From: an uncultured Acidimicrobiales bacterium
Lineage (GTDB): Bacteria > Actinomycetota > Acidimicrobiia > Acidimicrobiales > RAAP-2
DNA: 64,000 nt
NCBI GenBank assembly: GCA_963741055.1
Contig: CAVUGU010000031.1
Coordinates: 3,963 to 67,962 of the forward strand
Direction of reading: 5' to 3'
Shown: positions 20,285 through 29,187 of the stretch, piece after piece
How the letters are laid out: the number at the start of each line of letters is the position of its first letter
Numbering within the stretch: position 1 is the stretch's first letter
Position numbers and translations under genes: made by a program
The notes under the pieces: generated by a model
The model's database searches: none
What the model was told of the DNA's origin: nothing
What the model saw: only the letters and a program-made list of their open reading frames with translations

Positions 20285-21061
20285 ATGACCCCGAGGGAGG
20301 ACGTCGTCGCACTCTCGATCCCCCTCACCGTCGACTCGGTGGTGAAAGCGGTGCGCGAGTCCGGACACAGCTGCTTCCCGGTCTGTGGTGACAGCCTCGA
20401 CGACCTCATCGGGGTGCTCTTCGTCAACGACCTCTTCCGTGCCGGGTGGCGGATCGCCGCAGGACGCGACGAGGTTGGCCCGTCGGAGGAGGAGACCAAC
20501 GGGCACCGGGGGGACCGATCCCCCGGCCCGATCGACATCTCCCGCCGGGTCCGCCAGCCCTTCCTCGTCCCCGAGTCGCACCTCGTGCTCGACGTCCTCG
20601 CGGAGATGCGGCGACAGCGGCGGGCGTTTGCCGTCGTGGTCGACGAGCACGGCGGGGTCGAAGGGGTGCTGACCGTCAAGGATCTGCTCGGCGCACTCGT
20701 CGGGGACCTGCCCGACGAGTTCGACCCCGACGACGAGCCCGACGTGGTCCGGGTCGACCGAAACAGGTGGTTGGTCGACGGGCGGGTCAGCATCGACGAC
20801 ATCCGCGACCAACTCGACATCGACCTCCCCGAGGGGGAGTACGTCACCCTCGGGGGTTACCTCTTCGACGCCTTCGGTCATATTCCGTCCGAGGGCGAGA
20901 CCTACCACGTCGGGGAGTGGGAGCTGCGGGTGACCGAGATGGACAAACGCCGGATTGCCAAGGTGCTGCTGCGGCGAAACGAGAGCGCCACGCCCCGACC
21001 CGCGACCGGCGGCGAGGAGTCCGCCGGCGGGGGCGGGAGCGATCACTCGGCGGTCGGATAG
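20285..21061 (+). CDS. CorC/HlyC-type CBS-pair plus transporter-associated domain protein (no DUF21 membrane part); the true start is upstream
   Basis: VREVMTPRED, two CBS units (FPVCGDSLDDLIGVL; AVVVDEHGGVEGVLTVKDLL) and CorC_HlyC (WLVDGRVSIDDI...TLGGYL). The in-frame similarity (EQFIIDALHDLHDT) continues to about 20220 without a start codon. A GTG at 20092 in another frame suggests a further indel. Confidence 0.75.
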   Translation: MTPREDVVALSIPLTVDSVVKAVRESGHSCFPVCGDSLDDLIGVLFVNDLFRAGWRIAAGRDEVGPSEEETNGHRGDRSPGPIDISRRVRQPFLVPESHLVLDVLAEMRRQRRAFAVVVDEHGGVEGVLTVKDLLGALVGDLPDEFDPDDEPDVVRVDRNRWLVDGRVSIDDIRDQLDIDLPEGEYVTLGGYLFDAFGHIPSEGETYHVGEWELRVTEMDKRRIAKVLLRRNESATPRPATGGEESAGGGGSDHSAVG

Positions 21062-21101
21062 CATCGTCGGGTCCAGGGACCGGAAGGCCGGTCTCGGACC
21101 A

Positions 21102-21176
21102 CGGGCTGTGGCGCAGCTTGGTTAGCGCGCTGCGTTCGGGACGCAGAGGTCCCCGGTTCAAATCCGGGCAGCCCGA
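21102..21176 (+). tRNA. tRNA-Pro (anticodon CGG)
   Basis: Folds by hand as a cloverleaf: acceptor CGGGCTG/CAGCCCG, anticodon stem CTGCG/CGCAG with loop TTCGGGA, T-arm CCCGG-TTCAAAT-CCGGG, discriminator A. Confidence 0.9.
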
Positions 21177-21244
21177 CTCGGACACTGCGGGTGAACCGCG
21201 AACTTCGCCGAATCCACACCTCGGGACCCACGAAAGACGGATCG

Positions 21245-21643
21245 ATGACGCCGAGCGGACCGCAGAAGAGCAAGTCTCCTTCTCAGTTGATCGACGCGAG
21301 GATCAAGGAATTGGGCGACTGGCGTGGCGAGATGCTGGGCCGGCTCCGTGCGCTGATCAAGGAAGTCGACCCCGACGTCGTCGAGGAGTGGAAGTGGAGA
21401 GGCGTTCCGGTGTGGGAGCACGACGGAATGATCTGCACCGGCGAGACCTACAAGAGCGTGGTGAAGCTGACCTTCGCCAAGGGGGCGGCCCTGAAGGACC
21501 CCTCGAAGCTGTTCAACTCCAGTCTCGGTGGGAACACCAGGCGTGCCATCGACTTCCACGAAGGCGAAAAGATCAACGAGCGAGCATTCAAGACCCTGGT
21601 TCGAGCCGCGGTGGCGCTGAACCAGTCCAAAGCCAAGCGCTGA
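21245..21643 (+). CDS. DUF1801 (YdhG-like) domain protein
   Basis: ...IDARIKELGDWRGEMLGRLRALIKEVDPDVVEEWKW...VKLTFAKGAAL.... An alternative start is at 21191. Confidence 0.65.
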   Translation: MTPSGPQKSKSPSQLIDARIKELGDWRGEMLGRLRALIKEVDPDVVEEWKWRGVPVWEHDGMICTGETYKSVVKLTFAKGAALKDPSKLFNSSLGGNTRRAIDFHEGEKINERAFKTLVRAAVALNQSKAKR

Positions 21644-21828
21644 TCCACGGAATCCATCGTCTCTCCCGCCGAGCCAAGCCGGTCCTAGGCGGTAGCTCGT
21701 CCGTCGACCACGGAATTCCTTGATCGCCTCAACGAGGTGTGCTCACAATGTCGGCTACAGCTTTTCGAGGGGCGTGCCGATACCGCATCGGGAAATCTCA
21801 GACCTCAGTGAAAGTGAGAACGGATCAC

Positions 21829-22572
21829 GTGAAACGCGCATTCGCTCCTCTGCGTCTACTGGTTGCTTCCCTCAGCGTGTTGATTGCCACCGCACTGGCC
21901 GCACCTGCGGTTGCGTTTGCCGCGGGCACCGGGTACACGCCGACCCCCAACCCGACGCCGGGCGGGACCGCAAGCGGCCTCGCCGGCACGGTGGTGTCCA
22001 GCACGACCATCCAGCCGAGCGGGGGAACGGCCAACGCCACGATCGGGAGCGCCAGCATCACGGTCACCGTCAAGGCCGGGACGTTCACCGGCCCGGTTCA
22101 AGTGGTCGTCACCGACGCCACCTCCTCGGCGGTGACACCGAGCGGAGGCGGGACGCCGATCGTGACCTTCGGCGTGGGCATCTTCGAGAACGGGACCAAG
22201 GACACCACGACGTTCCAACCGATCACCGTGACGGTGAACTCGCCCTCGATCAAGGCGGGCACCACCGTCTACTTCGTCACCGGCTCGGGACTGCAGGCAG
22301 TGAGTGGAGCGTCGGTCACCAACGGGTCGGCCACCTTCACGATCACGAGCGACCCGGTCGTCGAAGTGGCGACGGCGACGGCGACGACCACGGCGGCGGC
22401 AGCCGGGGGTACCGGCTCCTCGGGCTCGGCCATCGCCGGGGCGACCGCAGGCCAGACCGGTAAGCCGTTCCTCCTGGAAGGAGGGCTCGCCGTCGCGCTG
22501 ATCGTCATCGGGGGACTGATGCTGGTCGGTCTTCGCCTACGGCGTCGTCCAGCCTGGCGTCGTTCTGCCTGA
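21829..22572 (+). CDS. Secreted Thr/Ser/Gly-rich surface protein with a sortase-type C-terminal tail
   Basis: Signal peptide VKRAFAPLRLLVASLSVLIATALAAPAVAFA, beta-rich repeats, then ...AGATAGQTG-KPFLLEG-GLAVALIVIGGLMLVGL-RLRRR (motif, hydrophobic helix, basic tail). An alternative GTG is at 21808. Confidence 0.6.
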   Translation: MKRAFAPLRLLVASLSVLIATALAAPAVAFAAGTGYTPTPNPTPGGTASGLAGTVVSSTTIQPSGGTANATIGSASITVTVKAGTFTGPVQVVVTDATSSAVTPSGGGTPIVTFGVGIFENGTKDTTTFQPITVTVNSPSIKAGTTVYFVTGSGLQAVSGASVTNGSATFTITSDPVVEVATATATTTAAAAGGTGSSGSAIAGATAGQTGKPFLLEGGLAVALIVIGGLMLVGLRLRRRPAWRRSA

Positions 22573-22576
22573 TTCG

Positions 22577-23491
22577 TTGCGGCAGGGGAATCGACCGCTC
22601 CGGGGCCTCATCGCGGCCGTAGGGATACTCGCGGTCGGTGCGCTGCTCGTCGGATGTGGCGGGAGTGCATCGGGCAACGGAACCTCCTCGGCGGCGGCGA
22701 GCCAGGTCGTGAAGCCGACCGCGACGTATCCCGGTCCCGACGGGTTGCTCGCCGGAGGCCAGCCCCAGGCCAATGGCGACATGTGGCTGCTCGCCAACTC
22801 CCACGGGACAGCCAACCTCCAGCAGTTGAACCTGTCGACCAGCAAGATCGACCAGATCGTCCCGGAGTCGACCGGCGCCAACTCCATCTCCCAGTCGTCG
22901 TCCGGGGTGATCGGCGTCGGGGTCGCCACGGCCACGACCGGAGCCCTCGAGCTGCGAAACGGCTCCTCGGGAGTCCTGCTCGCCACGGTGCCGATCGGCG
23001 CACCGGTCAAGGACGTCTTCGCCGGATACGACGGCTCGACCTTCTACGTACTGAACGGCAACTCGACCTCGGCCAGCGTGACACTGGTCGACTCGGAGAC
23101 GGACAAGCCTTCCGTGTCGGTGCCCGTACCGCTCGACACGACCGCCATCGCAGTCGATCCACCCGGTGTCAATCTCTTCGCTCTCGGCTCGGCAGGCAAA
23201 GTCGACGAAATCACCGTCGGCAGTCAGACGGTTGCGGCCAGCTATACCGTCGGCTCGTTGCCCGTTGCGCTTGCGATCTCGGCCAGTGGCTCGACGCTGT
23301 ACGTCCTCAACAACCACTCCTCGGTCGCCAGCGTCGGAGTGATCGACGTTGCCACCGAACGGCAGACCGAAGCACTGCCCGCTCCTGCCAACGCCGTCGG
23401 CGTTCAGGTCTCCGTCGACGGGCAGAGTCTGTACGACATCGTGGGCACGTCAAGCTACGGCAACGTCCAAGTGTTCCCCATCACCCACTGA
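22577..23491 (+). CDS. Lipoprotein with YVTN/YncE-like beta-propeller repeats
   Basis: Lipobox LLVGCGG. Repeated ...GxxPxxxAxxxDGSTLYVxN... units (STFYVLNGNS, STLYVLNNHS, QSLYDIVG). Confidence 0.6.
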   Translation: MRQGNRPLRGLIAAVGILAVGALLVGCGGSASGNGTSSAAASQVVKPTATYPGPDGLLAGGQPQANGDMWLLANSHGTANLQQLNLSTSKIDQIVPESTGANSISQSSSGVIGVGVATATTGALELRNGSSGVLLATVPIGAPVKDVFAGYDGSTFYVLNGNSTSASVTLVDSETDKPSVSVPVPLDTTAIAVDPPGVNLFALGSAGKVDEITVGSQTVAASYTVGSLPVALAISASGSTLYVLNNHSSVASVGVIDVATERQTEALPAPANAVGVQVSVDGQSLYDIVGTSSYGNVQVFPITH

Positions 23492-23591
23492 GCAACCCAA
23501 CCAGTCAGTCGGTCGGAGAGCTCGAAGCGTAGAGCACCGGGCCGGCTTCCAACGAGCACACCGATACGCGTGAAAAGCAACGTCATCGGCC

Positions 23592-25713
23592 ATGATGGAT
23601 TCGTGGAGTCCGTCACGTTGCTCGAGCGGCCCGGTCAGGGACGAGGACGAGCCCACTGCTGTAGAGGACGTCGAACCCGAATCGGTACGACTCTCCGCCG
23701 CGCGTGCGGGTTGGACGGTGGCCGGCATGACCGTCTTGTTCTGGGGCTTCCAACTGTTCGGGTACGTCGACATCTATCCCTTCCTCAGCGTGGCGGTCGT
23801 CGTACTGGGTCTTTGGGGACTGGGCACGATCGTCGCGGTCTGGCACCCTCGACCGGTACCTCCGACGACGGCCAGGGTCCTCGCCATCGCGACACTCGGC
23901 CTCACGATCGGCGCCTTCCTCCTCTGGAGCTTCCTCCAGATCCATGCGTCCCCTGCGTACGGCACCGACGAGATCGCGTTCGATCAGTACGCCGCTCAGC
24001 TCCTCCAGCACGGCCTCAACCCCTACACCCACTCGATGGCCAATGCGTTCTCCTTGTTCCACGTCTCGCCGGACGGTTACACGTTCCTTTTGAACGGACA
24101 GCCGGTGACCTCGCTCTCCTACCCGGCGCTCTCGTTCCTTCTCTACATGCCATTCCTCCTGGCAGGCTGGTCCAGCCAGCTGGCGGTGGCGATCAACGTG
24201 CTCGCCTGGGCGATCGGGATCGTCCTCACCTTCGCGCTCCTCCCCCGTTCGCTTCGACCGCTCGCCATCGTGATCGGGAGCTTCTCCGTGTACATCAGTT
24301 ACGCGGTCGGGGGCGTGACCGATGCACTGTTCGTGCCGTTGCTGATCGGCGCCGTGTACAAGTGGGACCAGTTCCCGCGCCTTCGGGGATGTCGCCGCTT
24401 ACCGAGGCCCGGTACTGCTCGGTCTGGCCATGGCGGTGAAGCAGACCCCTTGGCTGGTGCTTCCATTTCTGGTTGCCGGGGTCGCGCTCGAAGCGGACCG
24501 ACTGGGAGGGCGTTCCGAGGCACTGCGGACTGCGTGCCGATACCTGGGGATCGCGTTCGCCGCCTTCTTGGTTCCCAACCTGCCCTTCATCGTCATGGCC
24601 CCGCACCCATGGCTGTCGGGCGTGCTCACCCCCATCGCGAGCCATAACGTCCCGGCCGGTCAGGGTCTGATCGGGCTCACCCTCTATCTGGGGCTCGGTG
24701 GTGGATCGCTCGCCACCTACACGGTGGCCCTCCTCGTCGTGTTCCTTGCCCTGTGGCTCGCTTTCGTCATCACCTACCCGACACTCAAGGCATGGGCGGT
24801 GGTCTGCCCGGCGATCGTCCTCTTCTTCTCCGCCCGGTCCTTCGGGAGCTATCTGGTCACGCTCTTGCCGGCGGCCCTCGTGGCCGCCGCTTCAACGGAC
24901 CTCACTTCGGAGCTTCCTGCCCGCTCCGGTCGGCCGCGCTCGCGATGGCGCGTCGGGCAGTGGGTTGTCTGTGGAGGACTGTTGGCCTCCGGACTGGCGG
25001 TCGGCGCGATCTACACCTCGAGCGCGCCGCTCGGCGTCTCGATCACCTCGGTGCGGACCACCGGTCAACTGGCCACGGTGGTCCAAATCGGGGTCGATGT
25101 GACCAACCATTCGAGAACCGCCGAGACGCCCTCGTTCACCGTCGAGAGCGGCGGCCAGCTCACTGCCTTCTGGCTCACTACAGGTGGACCGGCCACCTTG
25201 CAACCCGGTCGTCACGCTCACTACACGTTGCTCGCGCCCAACTTCTTCGCACAACCTCCGATCACCGGGGGATTCCAGGTGGTCGCGTTCAGCCCCTCGC
25301 CGGCTGCGGTGAGTCGTAGCTCGTCGTATCTCCCGACCGTCAATCACGTCAGCCTCGTGCCGAGCGCCGTCAACTCCGTCGTGCCCCTCGGGCGGACCGT
25401 CGTCCTCCGCGCCGAGATACTCGACCAACTCAACCGACCGGTGCATCTGGCCAGTCAACCCGTCTACCTCGGCCAAGTCATCTACGGCCAGCAGGGTCTC
25501 ATCTTCGGAGAGGCCGTCATCAACCAGGGCCAGATCGGCCAGACCCCGGTGGTCGCGTACACGAACCAACAGGGCGTGGCCACCTTCTACATCCGCGGCA
25601 CACAGATCTCGAACGATCCGGTCTACTTCGAAGCGAACCTCGTCAGTGCCAATCAGTTCTATCCCTACGGGTACTCGGAAATCGTCCCCATCCGCTTCGG
25701 ATCCTCGGGTTGA
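23592..25713 (+). CDS. Large polytopic GT-C-like (DUF2029-type) membrane protein with C-terminal extracytoplasmic beta-sandwich region; one frame break near 24380
   Basis: More than 10 TM helices. The first-loop acidic motif AYGTDEIAFDQYAAQLLQHGLNPY resembles GT-C catalytic loops. ...VYKWDQFP (frame of 23592) continues as AFGDVAAYRGPVLLGLAMAVKQTPW (frame of 24430). Confidence 0.55.
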
Positions 25714-27759
25714 GCACGACCGCGGTCGCCTCTAGCGCGATTGTGCCCTCGACAGAGACCGTCGCGGCCGTCGACAAGAGCGACGCCAGATTCCGTCTGG
25801 CCATCCGCTTGGCTTGGATCGCCTTCGGGATCCAGTTCCTCGCCATGGTGCTCTGGAGCTCGCTCCTCTACTCGCGCTGGGGGAACACCTGGGACTTCGC
25901 AATCGAATACCAGGGAATGTGGGGTATTGCCCACGGCCACCTCGACCCCTATCTGTCGGTGGCCCACCGGTACCTCTGGCAAAACCATTTCGAACTGATC
26001 CTCTGGGCGATGGCCCCGATATTGCGGATGTGGCCCGGTGGCCTATGGGCTCTCTGGCTTCAAGATGCGGCGGTTGTGGGCGGCGAACTCGGCGCCCTCT
26101 ACCTGGTTGTCGACGCCGTACGGAGACCGCGTTGGCCTGCCCGATTCCCGGGCTGGTTGGGCGTCGCACTGGTCACGCTGCTCCTCGTCGCGAATCCATG
26201 GATTTACGACGCGACCTCCTTCGACTTCCACTTCCTCGGGGTGGGCGCTGCCTGCTTTGCGATGCTCGCCTGCCGGGAGATGATCCGCGGCTCGATGCGC
26301 TTGCTCGTCCTGTGGGTGGTCTTATGCCTGGCCTGCGGGGACGTCGCCGGCACGTACCTTGCCGCGGTCGGCCTTGGCGGCATCCTGGCCGGCCGCGCCT
26401 ATCGTCGACGAGGAGCGGCGCTCTTCGTGCTCGGCGCAGCTTGGTTCGGATTTGTGACGAGCATCGGCGGAGGCCAGGGGTCGCACCTTGCGAGCTCCTA
26501 TGGGTACCTCAACCCGGGACATTCCGACGAACGGCACGACTTCGCTCGGCGCCGCCCGACTTGTCAAGGGATTCGTGCTACATCCATGGACCGTCGCGCA
26601 GCACCTCTGGGCGGCGCGCATCGATCTCTGGGCGTACTCGATGAGCAGTGGCGGGCTCGGCCTCTTTACGCCGCTCTCGGTGATGCCTCTCCTCGTCATG
26701 TTGGAAATCGGAGCGACGCAAGGTACCGGCTTGCGGACAGTCCCCTGGGAGAACTTCGGAGTCATGCTGTTCGTTGCGCCGTTGAGCGTTCTCGCACTTG
26801 CCTCGCTCACCAGGCAGCTCTCAGGCGGATGGCTCGCGGACCACCTTCCGAAATCGAACACCAAATGGTTACGCTCGCCCCGCTTCCCCCTCGTGATCGC
26901 TGCCCTACTCGGCCTCAATGCCATTGCTTGGGGGGCAGTGTGGATACCCCAGGTCCCTGTCGAATGGTTGCGGACCTCGACAGCCGCTTCCTCTGCCCTC
27001 GACCAGGTAGAACGTGTGATCCCGTCAGGGGCCGAGGTGGTGGCTTCACAGGGCGTGATGGGGAGGCTCTGCGGCCGCGAATGGTGTTACAAGGTGTCCA
27101 ACAACGGCACATTGGAGTTCCCACTCCACACGGCAAACGACTACTTCGTCATGGTGCCTTTTCAGGGGATCGAGCTCGCGGACGTGCAGACCCAACTGGG
27201 AATGATCGATCAACTCGCTGGCCCGCTGCATGCTCAACTGCTTCTCGCCCGTGACGGGGTGTGGCTCTTCAGGTTTGCCCGGCCCCTCGATACCACTTCG
27301 GTCGTATTCAAGACCTCCCCTACGGAGCCGGCCTGGGCCGCGCAGACAGCGACAGGCACGCCCCTGCTCGACGGACCTCCCTTCGATTGGGCCATGACCC
27401 TTACGAGCGCCAAACCCGGGTACGTCCTCTACGGCACCGAATGGAACCTTTTGCCGGGCACCTACCAAACGACGCTGACGATGGCCAGCGATATCACCAC
27501 CGAGGTAGAGGTCTGGGACGCGGCTACGAACACTCTGCTGAGTCGTCAGACCGTTCCGCCCACCAATGGGCATGTCGCGATCCAGTCCGAGGTTCGGGTT
27601 GCCGAGACCGGTCATCAAGAGCCCTACTCGGGCTGGGGTCCCTTTAGTTTTCAGCCTGGACCATCACCGGGGGGAGACCGAATCGAGATCCGGGTCTGGA
27701 CCAAGGGCAGGGGCGAAGTCAGGCTCTACAACGTGGAGGTACAGCCCTACCGACCGTGA
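25710..27759 (+). CDS. DUF2079-like polytopic membrane protein with C-terminal soluble domain; one frame break near 26520
   Basis: WGNTWDFAIEYQGMWGIAHGHLDPY and many TM helices. The TTG start overlaps the upstream TGA. ...SSYGYLNPG (frame of 25710) continues as IPTNGTTSLGAARLVKGFVLHPW (frame of 26488). Confidence 0.55.
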
Positions 27760-27762
27760 GAG

Positions 27763-27786
27763 TGAGCGCCGACCGCCGGGCGCTCA
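27763..27786. terminator. Hairpin between convergent genes (TGAGCGCC-N8-GGCGCTCA)
   Basis: 8-bp perfect stem at 27763-27770 / 27779-27786. It lies between the stop of the DUF2079-like gene (27759) and the corrected stop of the sortase gene (27783). There is no T-tract. Confidence 0.4.
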
Positions 27787-29071
27787 TCCTTCGACCCGCT
27801 GCATCGACCAGCTGGTGATGATCAACTGGGCGTTCACGACGTCGGCCATCATCTCGATGCGATAGGTGCCGGGGTAACTCGTTACCGGAAAGTACCGGTT
27901 CGGTGACCAGCGACACGCCGGTCAAGGTGCCGCCGTTCACACTCAGAGAAGGACTCAGGAGCGAGTCATTGCGGACGATGGTCGCCCCGAAGAGGTGGGA
28001 GGCCGAGGAGTACGCCACCGTTGGGGCGATCGCCACCCACCAGTCGCCCTCTCCTTGTTCGGCGGAGCGGATCGCCGCGAAATAGAGCGCGACCACGGCC
28101 GCGGTGTCGTTGAGCGGCGCCGAGCTCTCCTGCCAGGTCGTCGACGGCGTACCGGTGACCGAGAGTGATCCCATCGGCGCCGGATTGTGGGCGAGATCGA
28201 GACCTTGGATCGCGAGTGCCGGCGGCGCCGGCACCGCAGGCGTCGTCGGGACGGTGGGCGCGACGACGCTCGGCGGAGTGGCCGTCTTGACCGGGACCTC
28301 GACCACTCCCGTCAGGTAGGCGTCCACCAGGTAGCGCTGCGACGTGAGGAACAACGCATCGGTGGGATAGCAGGTGATGAGAACCAGACGAGATTGCTCG
28401 GTCTGGAAGATGGGGGTGTCAGAGGACACCACCTGGTGGTCCTCCACCGTGTAGAGGAACGTCTGACACGGCGTGACCACCGAGATCTGTTCTCCCGGGA
28501 CCAACTGGTCGATGTGGCTGAACCAGGTCACGTCGTGTCCCGCCAGCACCGACGTTCCCTCGGTGCCCGGCCATGAACTGGCCGGGACGTGTCCGACCGC
28601 TACGCTCAGCTGCGAATCTCCCACCCCGTCGACGACCGGCGCGACCAGCCCGATCGACGACGCCTTCAACAGCGCGTAGACGGTGGGGGCGGCGCCGGGC
28701 GGCGCGTTGTCGGGGGCATTCGAAGCCAGCGCCGGACCAGGTGCTGCAGACGACAATCCAGAGCCCCCAGTCGGTGCGGAGGCCGGGAACGACGATACGC
28801 ATTTTCCGCTGGCCCGGGCGACCGAATCGGCTCGCTCCTGGGTGTGGATGAGTGCCGACCCGACTCGATCCGAATGCTGGTAGAAGCCGTAGATGTCGAC
28901 GCCGATCGCCAGGCCGCCGACGATGACGAGGATGGCCAGCGTGAAGACGACCTTCCGTTGCCAGCTCCGCTGGTATCTGATCGAATGCGCCCGGCGTCGG
29001 CGCTTCCGTCGGTGCTGATACCGGGGGTCCTTCCGCCACGGAGGTCGGAGTTCCACCGGGCTCATGGCCAC
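27783..29071 (-). CDS. Membrane-anchored sortase (class E/F-like) with a ~180-aa C-terminal extension; one frame break near 27878
   Basis: Basic N-tail plus a TM helix. Catalytic His (SVLAGHDVTWF), Cys (LVLITCYP) and Arg (TSQRYLV). After the break the frame reads YPGTYRIEMMADVVNAQLIITSWSMQRVEG-stop at 27783, instead of the Arg-rich tail running to 27719. Confidence 0.75.
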
Positions 29072-29187
29072 CAGTTTCGCCTACCCGGGGGCTCAATTCG
29101 CCGGAACTGGAGAGCGCCGCGTTCGAGGTCACTCGAGGTCGGCAGGGTCGGCGATTGACCCGAGCCGATCCGGAAGGGCCGGGTTGC

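Noticed and set aside
21645-21722. A direct repeat CCACGGAAT(C/T)CC at about 21645 and about 21708 downstream of the DUF1801 gene.
   Set aside because: Only about 11 bp and two copies, with no associated structure or gene boundary logic. This is compatible with chance.
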